The notes beneath the pieces are model-generated. The model had not been told where the DNA came from, did no database searches, and saw only the letters and a program-made list of their open reading frames with translations. A stretch of DNA of 63,814 nt, the filler included, from Cercozoa sp. M6MM (Eukaryota; Protista; Endomyxa: Ascetosporea): assembly GCA_040357565.1 (NCBI GenBank). It is 11 parts of 11 records of this genome, joined end to end, with 100 filler letters (N's around TTAATTAATTAA, not from the genome) between each part and the next. Parts side by side here need not be neighbours in the genome. Positions count along the whole stretch, not along the records: positions 19,481 to 27,901 come from JBDODJ010000541.1; positions 28,002 to 34,334 come from JBDODJ010000752.1; positions 34,435 to 56,093 come from JBDODJ010000191.1; 8 more parts are not named here. One strand, written 5' to 3'. A program made the position numbers and the translations under genes. This document shows positions 22,721 to 34,870 of this stretch, piece after piece (the first letter of the stretch is position 1; each line of letters opens with the position of its first letter).

Positions 22721-25700
22721 ATGGAGTCATCCATGGAGCGTGTGAGCGAGTTGCTCAAGCAAGAGGAGAAACGACACGTGAACGCGGTGTGTGCTTTGTC
22801 TCAGAGTGCTCAGTTTCAAGTTTGTTCATAAGAAAATGCACAGGAAGTGATCGACGAGGTGCAAAGCATCCTCGAAAGTACTCTCGATGGGTACACGGAG
22901 TCGATGTGGACAAGAGACAGTGCTGAGCAAGTGTCGCAATTCCTGATGGAGCCGCTGCAGTCGCGCCTCTTTCTGCAAGTGAAAGACAGTACCGAGTTGC
23001 TCATTTCCGACTCGCACGAGTGTCTCCAATCTGCCGAGAGCAATCCAGTCTTGTACATCCTTCGTCGAGACCAGCAAACAGGTCTCACACTGAGCGACTT
23101 TGATGCGCATTTTCTGCACGGCGTTGTGAGTGCGTCGATGGAGACGACACTGCGCAACTTCGCGAGCAGTCTGTTGCAGCGTTCGGGCGAAGAGATGCAA
23201 ACGCACTTGATTCGCCTGCTCGCCGAACTTTCAGGAAGCGAGACGATCTTTGTGCCGCCAGAAGACTACTTGAAGCTTGCCATCGAGCGAAGTGTGGCCG
23301 GCAACACCGAAAGACGACACGTACTCGAAGTGATCGCGAAACTGTGGCAGAACTTCGTGAAAGGCGTGATTTTAACGTCCTCTGCATCACTAGATGAGCA
23401 GGAAGTGAGTCTGCTTGTCGAGTTTTGGAAGAAACGAGTCGCAACTTTACAGCAACTGCGACAAGTGCTGCAGTCGGAATTGATCGTCGCTGTTGTGAAA
23501 GAGTTGGAGCGCACCAAGTCACAGTCGGTTGCGCAGTTTCAGCTGCTCGAAGCTTCACTCTCCGAGACATGTCAGGTGGCACGAACCAACCTCGAACTGA
23601 CCTCTGTGCTGCTTGAAAGCTGCCAACAAGACATTCACCAGTGCGAGAACTTGTCTGCTCTGACTTACCAGAAGATACAGAAGCTGCTCGATGTGTGCCG
23701 CTTCGTTTGCAACTACCCTACCTTCAAAACACCGGAACGACAGATTCGTATTGTTCGCGCCTGCATTGGCGAGATTCGAAAGCGTTGTGCCAGAGACTTT
23801 GCGATCGACGCCTTGTTGAATCCGCAGGACGAACATGCTCTCTCAGAATTGAGTCAAGTCTGGCGCATTCGCGAAGGTAGATTTTGAACTGGACATCACG
23901 CGCATGTTAGCTAACAGAGTACAGTTTTTGTTTTCAGACATCAGCAACAACTTGATGCAGTTGAAGCGACTCGAAAAGTCCTGGGAGTGGCCTCTCACTT
24001 CAGTGCTCGCGCAGTTCGACTCGTACGCGACTGTAGTGTCAGATGTGAGACAGTTGGCACAGTCGGCGCTGCAGTTCTCTCCCGATGAGCGCTTGAAACA
24101 ATACACCTTGGTCTACGACTTCATGAAGAAACTGCGAGTGGCGTTTGTGAATGCGGCGCAGCAAACCATCAAGGCTTCGCCGAAGCAAACGGTTTTCGAA
24201 ATCGACTGGACGATCGCTTTGGAGAAAAGTCGGCAACTCGAACAGCGCTTTGTCGAGACCCTCGAGGAACGGGTACTTCTATCCTTCAGTTCAGTTATTA
24301 TCGGGAGATGCAGTGTAAGTTTTGATCCAGTGTCTAACCGAGCAAAGCGTACCATTGCTGCGGCGCACCCGACTGGCAGTGTTGTGCGCACGCAGGGCGA
24401 AAACAGACACGCTGAAAGCCGACTTGGATGGACTGCTTAGTTCGCTGATCAATCACAATCGTGCGGCGATCGATGACATTGGACAGCAGTTCGAAAAGAT
24501 GAAGGCATCGCAATCGACGTTGTTCATGTCGACGGACGCGTTCACTCCAACGATTGTTTCTGCCGTGCGAGTGACTGAGTCATTCCGAGCGGCACTCGAA
24601 AAGGTGTCAGACTCACTGGAGAGCATCGAGAAGGACGCGATCTTTCACCGACTGACGGAACACACGGCCGCCAGTCTGTCACTCGTGCTGAGAAAGTCAG
24701 AAAAACTGGACGAAGCACTCGACGCTTTCATTCAAGACACGTTCGCGGAGTGGAAGGACGAAGTCGACAAGCGCCAAGAAGAGGACCGGTATCTCATGGT
24801 GCGAATCGAAAACGGCTTCCTGCGAAACAATTTCCCACTCGAAACTTACACTTTTTTGGAGACTGCCGTGCAGTTCAACAAGCTCAAGTCAGTTGCACTG
24901 CCTTTCTCGGCTACCGAAGTCATCAAAGCTCATCGCGAGTTTTTGCTCACCAAGGCGCAAGTACAGCTTGTGGTCGATTGCGTACGTTATCCTATTTTCA
25001 CCTGTTGCCGTCGCTGTCTGTGTATCGGTTAACTTTCAGTACAACACGCTGCGTCGAAAGTTTCGCGATGACCTTGAAGTGCGCTTGTTCTCGCCGATGC
25101 TTGCCGAGCTGGACGGAAAGCTGCGAGCAGGCGTGAGCAAGCTGCAGTACAAAGAGTCTTCTGGCACAGTGCAACGCGCTTTCTTGCGCAACGCGACGCG
25201 AAGCTGCGAGTCGTGTCTCTCGCTCGTGTCGCGTTTCCAAAAGGAACGACGAAAGCAACTGAAACTTCTTCGCGACATTGGAGCTCTCCGTTTCACGCAA
25301 GAGGCGCACAGTATGCTCACGGTGGCCGAGTTGCAGAAGGAGCAAGATACGCGAATCGACGAAAGCATCGAACTGTTGCAGGGTGCGTTTCTTTTTTTGC
25401 TTTCTTTGAGCCCTCGCTTCGATGGTGCTGAAATAGAGCTTCGGGAGGAGGTTTTTGCGAGTCTGACAAAACAAGTAACCTTTATCAAACTGACTCCGTT
25501 CTGGAAGGAATACGTTCAGTCTATCGACGCTCTTTTTGTGGGCGCCATCACTAACTCGATTCACTTCTCCTACGAGATCCTCGAGGGTATGCTGCAGGAG
25601 AAGGACCACCCGGTCCTGCAGATGCGTCTGCGATTGAACTCGCGTCTACAGTTCGTTGCTTTCTTTCACCTTTGTTTGTGTCGGTTTAAACTGAATTTCT

Positions 25701-26690
25701 CTTTGCGACTGCAGTCGCATCGAGTTCGCTGGACAAGGCTCACCGAATCTGCTCATGTCGACAATAACGACAGTGTGCAGACGAGTGCTTGGCAACACGC
25801 AGCACTTGGGGCTGTTTCTGCCAGAGTTTGGTGGACAGGACACTCAGTCGTTGTTCGAAATCGTGTCGGGCAACGCCAATGTTGTGAAGACTTTTGCACG
25901 ACTCACCAGTCGAGTGGTACAGCAATAACAGCCAGGCTTTGAGCTTCAGGTTTTAAGTGTTTATTAATGCGCAACTCAGGCAGAGATCAAAGTGGCTCTC
26001 ACGAAGGAGGTGCACGACTTTGGCTTGCGCTTTGTGGAGCCGTGCTTTGCCGAGCAGGCTACGAGCAAGCTACCGTCGCGAGCGACTCTGACACAGCGAA
26101 AAGAACACTTTGCGCAGCAACGAGAAGCGGCATTGCGCATGATTGATCTGCGCATGTCGCTGCGAAGAGAACCGCACGATGTCACAGTCGGCGTCGTGAG
26201 TATCTCGCAGAAGGTCGTTATCAATGCACTCATTCGTCTGTGTCTGGATCAAGAGCGAGCGCTACTCGAGGCCATGTCTGCCGTGGTTCGCCGCGAACTG
26301 CAGGCATCGCTCGGACTCTTTGCCGAGTCACTCGAGTTTCCGAAAGAGAAGCACACCGACTCGAGTGCTGTGCATGCACAAGCGCAGCGACTGGTCACAC
26401 TCGAGAAGAGACTGCAGCTCGCGACGCAAGAGTGGCTCCCAACCGCCACACTCCAACTCGAGCAGCTGCGGCAGTTCGAAGGCGCCGATCTCGACAAGCA
26501 ACTTGAGACTCTTCAGCAAGAGGCACAAGTCGCTGCTGTCACGTTCTCCAAAAACCTGCAGGCTGCGCGACAGTTGAACGACAAACTGATGTTGCAGGCG
26601 AGCACCAAGATCGACTCGGAACAAAACGACCAAGATTTTGAAACAACTGGACAGGAGCAGACGAAAGCTACTTCGCTTGAGAGTCACTAA
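22721..26690 (+). CDS. Dynein heavy chain N-terminal tail (DHC_N1-like) protein, roughly 1150-1200 aa, ending before the linker/AAA motor
   Basis: HVLEVIAKLWQNFVKGVI...LVEFWKKRVATLQQLRQVLQSE...ARTNL matches the DHC_N1 pattern (LE...W...I..V; E.EFW..R...L..I..QL). About 7 introns; stop TAA at 26688-26690. Confidence 0.75.
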
Positions 26691-27494
26691 CTTACTACGT
26701 TATGCGGCAGTAAGGACTTTGGCTCTTTAAATGAAATAGCGGGTATCAGAGCAGTTTCAACTACATTGCAGATATGGCAACGAAGATCAAGAGTGAAGAC
26801 GGCATTAAGGCGGCAAGGGGTATGCGGTGCAAGAAGCCATATCAGTATCCAAGCGCACCAGGTGGGGGCCACCAGATCCGGTACCGCCGAGTGCTAGCAC
26901 CCACGGGTACAACTGCAGCGCCGGATCTGCTGCCGTCGCGCTGTTGTCCACAGTGCCTGCGAATGTCGGAGGCGTTACACCTGTGTCAAAGTTGTTGGGA
27001 AAACTGCCACTCTGCAGCACAACAGATCCACAAAGTAAATTCGCTCATAAAAGGGGTTAGTTAAAGCAACTAAAAGTACGAATGCAGTACCTGTCTGACT
27101 AAGCCGTTGATCGTGATTAGCGAAAGGTCACTAGTGCCAGCACCGAACTGATCCACTACAAGTAAAACGTGTTATAAACGTCCAAAAAACGATGTCTAGC
27201 AGAGGTCAATTCTGGGCTAGTATGGGCCGATAGTAGTCGTATATTTGGACGAAACCCGGCCCAATTTGGGACATCTGAGGCGAAAATATATGAACACGTG
27301 ATAGTAGCGAGATCCAAAAGAACGAATGCACCCGTGTGCACAGTCTATATAATGTTCATTAGAGCGCTTGCAGACGATAACGACGAACCATGGGACGAGA
27401 CGAAATCGAAGATCGGTGAGTGATTTTTTTACTACTGTTATAGCTTCCCTGAGAGCATTTTAGAGCCTTACAGCAGCCGCATTGACTGTGCTGA

Positions 27495-27901
27495 GTGTGT
27501 ATCTGTGCTGCGGTAGTCGATGGCCTGGTTGCTGAGCTTCAACGTGCGCGTGCGCATCGTGAACTGCTCGACGCGACGCTTGCTGAACTCGCGCTCCATG
27601 GTGTCGCGCGACACGTAGGGATGGGTGAGCGTTCCCCTACGTCGTTCGTGCGTGTGGTCGACACGAGCGACAAGAGCGTGGACATACGTGTTGTCTTCGC
27701 GTGCAGCCACTTCTTCGTCGTCGTTCTTGAACGCGATGTGCGTCGCTTCACCGTTATCGACTCTCTGTCGCAAGTGATGAGAGGAGCTTGGGAAGCTGTC
27801 CTGGAGGTGCACGCTGCGCCCTTGCTCGACGGCGGGCATACTGAGTGGACGTTCCGTTGCGTGGTGGTGGAAGTGCAGTCGACGAATGAATGTCTTCTTC
27901 G
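27495..27901 (+). CDS. Ulp1/SENP-like (C48 clan) cysteine protease fragment
   Basis: SHFFVVVL...FTVIDSL...EVQSTNECLL gives His, Asp, Gln and Cys in C48 order and spacing; cut by the contig end. Confidence 0.55.
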
Positions 27902-28001
27902 NNNNNNNNNNNNNNNNNNNNNNNNNNNNNNNNNNNNNNNNNNNNTTAATTAATTAANNNNNNNNNNNNNNNNNNNNNNNNNNNNNNNNNNNNNNNNNNN
28001 N

Positions 28002-28657
28002 TGCTGGCAGGTAAACTATCTTACTGATGGAAGCACACAATTCCTTGAGTGTGTTTGTTGGAACAGGGTGACTGTGTGTCGTCGGGCGAGTGGTTAGAAG
28101 GTGATGGGCAGCGATGCCAGTGTTGGCAAGGCTCATGGCGTAACTGTGGTCCCACCGGGGGAGGTGGAGGAGGGGGTGGCCAGTGCTGCTGGCAGGGTGA
28201 CTGTGTGTCGTCGGGCGAGTGGTTGGAGGGTGATGGGCAGCGATGCCAGTGCTGGCAAGGTTCGTGGCGTAACTGTGGTCCCACCGGAGGTGGAGGAGGT
28301 GGCCAGTGCTGCTGGCAGGGCGACTGTGTGTCATCGGGTGAGTGGTTGGAGGGTGATGGGCAGCGATGCCAGTGCTGGCAGGGTTCGTGGCGCAACTGTG
28401 GTCCCACCGGGGGAGGTGGGGGCGGGGGTGGCCAGTGCTGCTGGCAGGTATATATAAACTATCAGATGCATGTGTATAGATCGAGAGACAAGAGTGTTGG
28501 AGTAGGGCCAGTGCGTCGATCAAGGAGAGTGGCTCTCTGGTGACAACCAAGAATGTCAGTGCACCGGAAGCGGCTGGTCGGTACGTCAATTCATAACCCT
28601 CAACTCCGACTCGGTTTAGAAACTGTTTTCTATTTGTAGAACTGCCGCAACAACTGA
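28002..28657 (+). CDS. Cys/Trp-rich repeat protein with poly-Gly linkers, 3' part
   Basis: CWQ|(GDCVSSGEWLEGDGQRCQCWQGSWRNCGPTG6-8QCCWQ)x3|GQCVDQGEWLSGDNQECQCTGSGWS|NCRNN*; introns at 28011-28066, about 28448-28505 and about 28581-28639. Confidence 0.85.
28067..28447 (+). repeat. Three roughly 123-129 bp coding tandem repeats
   Basis: Units differ mostly at synonymous positions in the plus frame and in Gly-run length. Confidence 0.9.
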
Positions 28658-29001
28658 AACCTCTCTGACGTCCTAACTCGAATGCGCATGGCCGATTGGC
28701 CCCCCGATCTAAGAATTCACGACGGATGTAGTATACCTGAACACCTGGGACTGGGAATTAAGCCTTTCGTTTCGGTTTTAACGTAAACTGGAAATTTATA
28801 TCTTTCAGCTGAGGTACCGTGTGTACACCGTACACGACGGGTAGTTCGTTTAGTTCAAGCCGTTCTGGCCTAGGGCACTATCATGCACCGTGACGTGTAC
28901 AGGCAGTCGGCTACACCAGCGAGCTGTAAGCGGCGGCCACGACCCCCTCGTTGGTTTGCGCACGCTGCGACACACACGCGATTAACGTCCTAGTGACCTC
29001 G

Positions 29002-29729
29002 CTATTTCAATACCTCACACTGACGTAGGATGCTTCGGCGCAGAGCGATGCCGAACGAGGCGGCGATTCCGTGCGCCACCATAACCATAGCGCTCAGTGT
29101 CAGCACAATGCCGTACACCACGTAATACAACTGCCACGTCGGAAACACAGCACACCATGAAGAGCGGTCTTCCAGACCAACATTTAGCAAAAGGTAGAAT
29201 ACGTGATAGCTGTCGCTGTCCTTGTCGGGCTCGTAGGTTGCTATGCGCACGATGCAGAGGATCACGAGTCCAAACTGCACAAAAACGCACAGATTGAGAG
29301 AGCCTGGCGAACTTGTTCAGGTTGTGCAGTTACGTGAGCGAGAGCGAATAGGACGTTGGTAATGTTGTAGACCAACAGAAGCACCAGCGACTGCCGCAGG
29401 GTGGCCCAAAAGCCAATGGCTCCCAACAGAAAGTACACTAGAGAAGCCGCCAGGAGGCCGAAGACGTTGGTTCCAGTGCCGCTCTGCATCGGCAAAACAA
29501 AAGTGTGAATATAAGGGGACTGGGCAAGATAAAGTTACACCGCGAACTAAGGTACCTCTGAGATTGCATAGCCGAGACCAACAAGACTCGCGACAGCCAC
29601 CACCGCATTGATACACAGCAGTGTCACGAACTTGTAGGAGCCTGCAAAGAACAAATAACGCCCTGTCCAGGTACCAATTCCCGAACCTCGAATGTGTCTG
29701 CGCTGCTCTTCGGGCCGATTGTCGATCAT
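29002..29729 (-). CDS. Tetraspanin-like four-TM protein
   Basis: Four hydrophobic helices; LLGAIGFWATLRQSLVLLLVY resembles tetraspanin TM2-TM3 (G.LG..GA..E...LL..Y); 3 introns. Confidence 0.6.
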
Positions 29730-29992
29730 GATGGAGACGGGACGTCACGCCAGAGAAGAAGTAGAAGATAAAACAAAACCTACTGTCGAACGCGCACTGT
29801 TGAGTACATTCGGGGAAGCTTAAGGAGCACAAAGTCGGAACCAACCTCGCCAATGTGATCAGTTTTTGATCTGATCGCCGCTCGGGACAGTTCGCCGAAC
29901 GTTCCCGGTTTCACGCACAGCCCAACTGACGAAACTAAAAGCTTTAAGCAACTAAATTGAGTTCAAAATTGTTTCTGTCAACCTAAATAAAT

Positions 29993-30016
29993 CTACTCGG
30001 CTGACTACTTGCTCCG
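29993..30016. repeat. 24-bp exact copy of the dispersed repeat segment at 60360-60383
   Basis: CTACTCGGCTGACTACTTGCTCCG occurs in both places, with weaker flanking similarity. Confidence 0.8.
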
Positions 30017-30161
30017 TCGGGCCCTGGGCGTTTGTGGACCTAATTCTTTGCTCTTGGGTGTCTGGTCTGTTTAAGTAGATGCTGTTACTGCATGAACTAT
30101 TGTATCCGCGCGGAATCAACTTCACCCGTGGATGCCTAGATGCGCTTCTACATCCGGCAAG

Positions 30162-33100
30162 ATGCCGCTATTCACCAACTGCTTGCTGTTAGGTAAGCAG
30201 GCAGTGCCGATGGAGATAGTGACTCCGGCTCGGTGACGACACAAACCGACTTGCGCACAGTCAAGTTATCATGGGACAAGGTGCAAACTCCGAAGGCCGA
30301 AACTGGACCAAACCTCCTGAAACTGAGTCACAAACTTCGTGCTCTGAGTGCCCCAACGCCGATGGCTGTGCCTACGATGAAAGCAAACGCCCCTCCATCG
30401 GCACGGCCTAGCAGCGGCGTTTCGCCGCCAAACTCGCCATCGGACCCAAGCTTAAGCACTCCAAGTCGTCGGCGATTTGTTTCCTTTCCGCTCGACGACA
30501 TTGCCTCCGAGCTTGAGGTTTCCCCTGTACGATCACTTTAAGTCGTTTGAAAGTGGATGCGACAATCAAACTCTCGGGCTAGGTAGGACGCGAAACGTGT
30601 GTCTAGAGGCTCGCAGACGCCATCATCGACAGTGTTACAAAGCACGCCTGGTCTCACTGAGTCTTCGACCTCGCCTGGGACTCTAAGCAGGTCTACATGG
30701 CGTTCCTCTTCCACTCGGAGTCTGTTTTTTTCGTCTCCCGGCTGCAACACTCCGAGTTCTGGTCTGTCACCGAGCCCTCTAGCAAGTACTCCCGGGCCAA
30801 CGAGTCCCCCGAGTCTGACCAGCACTCCTGTGGGATCCTCTCAGGCTCATGTGAGGCCAACCCCGACCAAACCAGGACCTCGAACTCAAACCGTATTCGA
30901 GCCGGAATCGGAAAGCCCAACTACTCTCGGCGGCTCGGGGCCAGGCCACGCCTTCACGCCGGTATCGTCGTCGGTTTCCTCGACCTCTGACGACACACTG
31001 ACTGAAAAGAAAGAAGTTAAACGCACTGAGGGTGACTTGAAGTTGCATGTTGGAAGCGTTGAGTCCGGAGGAGCTGCAAGTGCGGAAACCAAGGGAGTGC
31101 AGACAGAACCTTGGGACGTGGAAATGGTCCAGCTGCCTGCTCGAGCAGTGTCGCCGAATCTCGAAGCACCGGCAGAAGCACTGACAGCCAGAGCGTCGAT
31201 TTCAGTGTCACCGAGTCGCCACGTGCAATCGATACCAAAGCCAGAGTTAGTGACACTGGGCATGCTGCTGCGGACACCTGAATCTCTGATACCTTCGGCA
31301 GACAACATCCAGTTCACCACTGTTGTAGTACGTTTTTACTTTACATGTGCTACTGTGCGAAAATCCACCTTTTATTCAGTGCATGGCACTCATGGCGTGC
31401 TGTCTTCTGATTCGCTCACGATGCTGTGGAGCGCGCCGAACGTACTCGTTGGACGACTCGGCTGAGGGCAGCGCGGCGCGCTTCAGCGTCAGCAAAAAGA
31501 GTTCGAAGCCTGTGATCGAACAACGAAGTAGCCTTGCCTTGAGCGACAGTGCAGTGCTTCCGCGACGCCGCTACTTTCGTATTCTTCTCTCCTCCCTGTC
31601 TGCCACGTAAATCTCATGCGAACATCTATGTTTCAGAGAGGGAAGCACACGACACAGAGGCAGAGTTTGGTTTCGAGTCGGTTGCCAATCTGCGCGACCG
31701 AGAAGCTTCGCGTACACCTGCCGCTTTCTTTCTGCATAAAGAGAAGTGGTATCTTGTATCCCACCTGGACAGTACTTCGTCAAGCACTGTTCCTGACTTC
31801 GCCAGAGGTGAAACAAAGACGTCAGCGTCGCCGAAGCAGTCACGTGCTTGCCTGCGCCAAGGTTCTCTGCATCGGAGACTGGCTGTGCGACACCAAACGT
31901 CTGGCGTCCTCGCATCGGTAGTGCTGTTTCTGAAGTACTCAATACTCTTTTTGACACAACTACTGTGAGTGCAGAGGTTCCGTGTTTCGTTGCTACCATC
32001 GTCACACGGGCATTTGTGCCGTCATGAAGGTATGCTGTACTCTGCACTTTACTTGGGTAACCCGACAGTACTGGACAATAAATTTAGCTACCGGGTCTAT
32101 AGATGATCAACTTCACGCGAGACGGATATGCTGGGTTGTCGCACACACTGCAGAACGCGCCCTCCCACATTGATCCACACTTGGCGAGACGCGACTTTGA
32201 CGCCGAAATCGAGTAGCTTGCTTGACTTTGGCCAGTACCTGTTTTACTGGCTATCCACAATGTACTGGTACGTATCTCTCAGGTTCCTCCTGTCGGACGT
32301 GTCTCGTCACAAGAACCTTGTGTCGATGCTGTGCTACGACAAGGACGTCGACGGAGGCGCAATCTGGCTCAAAATTGCGTCGTATGGGTCGTTGAGAACG
32401 GTTTCGCACCGGTGGGGAGCTTTGTCCAGTCCGCAGCCGTGGTTGGAGGTGCCATCGAGTGACTCGGCAGTTCATCATCGCATCGCACTGCTGAGGCACG
32501 TTGCAGCAGAAGTATGCGTTTTTTTGCCATATTCGAAAAACAGCTACACACTCTCTAAGGTGTGCTGCCTTCCAGATCGCCGATGCGCTGCGCTATATGC
32601 ACTCGCAAGGCTGGACACACTGCGACGTGAAACTTGAGTATCTACAGCTTTCTTGGTGCATATATTACAGGAACTTGAACTGAATAACAAATTCACTGCA
32701 CACAAACAGCAACATACTTGTCACTGAAGATATGAACGTCCTGCTTGCTGGTCAGAACATCGCATTTTACAGATTGGGAAGCACTAATGAATTCACACGA
32801 TAAGAATGGCGTGCAGACTTTGGTCAAAGCGTGCAAACGCACAAACTGCCCGGAAGTGCAGCGCGCGATGGTCATATGGTCGACAGAGTGTCTTTTGGTA
32901 GTGCACTTGGATATCATCAATTTGTTGTTACTGCCATGATACAACCAGGCACTTGGTATGCGCGAGCTCCGGAGGTCGCTGCACTTGCCCAGAGGTACGA
33001 AAGAGACGAAGATTTGCAAATGTCCGCGCGACTGGACGTCTGGAGCTACGGCATCGTGGTACACCAACTGGCTGCTCACGGTCACGCGGTGCCGGACTTT

Positions 33101-33685
33101 CTCGCGACTGTTCTCCACCAGCACGCAGATGTGATTCACGAAAGGTACTGCCAGTGTACACTCCGCCCCGTACCAGTGTGTACCTAGGTCGATTAGTTCT
33201 GACTTAGATGCTGTGTGAGTTAGAAAGGGATCCCTGCACACCAGCGAAGGTGCACTCACACGCATGCACGCGCTTTTGTGTCAGTTGGCGTCGGCGGATC
33301 CCGACGAAGAACCAGAAAGTACGCAAGGTATCATGTTGCTCTTGCCTAGTAAGTGCTGTGTATTAAAGGAGTCAAATGGGTGGTTTCCGTACTAGACCTC
33401 GCAGTGTGTGACTACTTGCCAACAGAGTTTCGTTCCTTCTTCTCACGCTGCTTCCAATGCTCGCCGTGGAACCGCGCGAGCATGCACGAAATTAGGTGAT
33501 TCGTCGATGCTTGAATGTCTTGAAAGCATGAAATGTTGTCTGGCAGGTGGCACCCTGCACTTGAGATGGACGAAGAGGCTCGCATTGACATCGAAGAGGA
33601 AAGCAGTCCGAGTCAAACCTTGACGTTCAGTCGCAAATCCTCGACCTCCAACGACAGCCTCACTACTTTCTTGCATAGCGATTGA
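30162..33685 (+). CDS. Ser/Thr protein kinase (non-RD) with a long Ser/Pro/Thr-rich N-terminus; start approximate
   Basis: Spliced subdomains: AVMK, LRYMHSQGWTHCDVKLD|NILV...LA|DFG, GTWYARAPEV, LDVWSYG, RCFQCSPWNRASMHEIRWHP. Confidence 0.9.
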
Positions 33686-34134
33686 TTCGCTGCTACATGC
33701 GCAGTCTTCCGTGTATAGATCCCCCGCCACCGGCCTCGCCGGTCATCGTACTGAATAACTTGAGTTTGAAGTCTACCGAAGGGAATCCTCCGAGGTTTCG
33801 CAAAATGTGCATAATATGACACAGTTTTAGGGGGCGCATAATCAGTAATATCGCTTCAGTTCGAACTTCAAAGGAAACCTCGACCTCAGGTACTGCACGA
33901 CGCGATACAGACATGCGACCCTGAGCTTAAGAGAAATTGTCAAACGAAGGATTGTTGCAAGCAACGAGTCATGGCTCTGCGTCTACAGTTGTACTGTACA
34001 GGTTGGTTGGGGTAACTTTCTGGGCCACGCTCCAAGGACAGACTTTCTTTCCGTAGTACGATTCTTCCGTTTTACTGGCAAAGTAGCCCTCATTTTACCA
34101 AGGCCTGATCTTAGGAGGGCTGCGTTTAAAAAAA

Positions 34135-34308
34135 TCACGAAAGCCACGGCTGCACGGCGGGCGAGTTCTCTTCGGTCCACGGATTGCGGTTCTTGACGAA
34201 GAGCTTGCGCGGCAGCGAGTGCAGCGGCGTGCGGCAGGCCTGCAGCAGACGTTCCACGCGCTGCTCGGGCCGGCCGCCCTGCTTGAGCGCAAAGTGCGCC
34301 AGCGCGCG
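34135..34308 (-). CDS. Last exon of a hypothetical gene cut by the contig end
   Basis: tag|RALAHFALKQGG...KNRNPWTEENSPAVQPWLS* follows a (TG)n intron. Confidence 0.55.
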   Translation of the reverse strand, partial: RALAHFALKQGGRPEQRVERLLQACRTPLHSLPRKLFVKNRNPWTEENSPAVQPWLS

Positions 34309-34870
34309 CTATCACAGCAACACACACACACACANNNNNNNNNNNNNNNNNNNNNNNNNNNNNNNNNNNNNNNNNNNNTTAATTAATTAANNNNNNNNNN
34401 NNNNNNNNNNNNNNNNNNNNNNNNNNNNNNNNNNGGGGGTCATAGGGGGTTAAAGGGGTCATAGGGAGTTAAAGGGGGTTAAAGGAGGTTAATGGGGTTA
34501 AATGGGGGTTGAAGGGGAGTGAAGGGGTTAAAGGGGTTAAATGGGGGTTAAAGGGAGTGAAGGGTTAAATGGGGACTGAAGGGGTTAAATGGGGGGGTTG
34601 AAGGGTAAAAGAGCGATAAGAAAGGGCGTAAAAAGAGCGGTAAGAAAGGGGTTAAAAGGGGGTTAAAAGGGGGGTATGGTAAGGTAAAAAGGGCAAGGTA
34701 GAAAGGGTAAGGTAGAAAGGGTAAGGTAGAAAGGGTAAGGTNNNNNNNNNNAAGGTAGAAAGGGTAAGGTAGAAAGGGTAAGGTAGAAAGGGTAAGGTAA
34801 AAGGGCAAGGTGAAAAGGGCAAGGTGAAAAGGGCAAGGTGAAAGGGCAAGTTAAAAGGGCAAGGTGAAAA

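Noticed and set aside
28067-28447. Possible CRISPR-like or non-coding repeat array
   Set aside because: No unique spacers; variation is synonymous in a spliced plus-strand frame, so it is a coding repeat.
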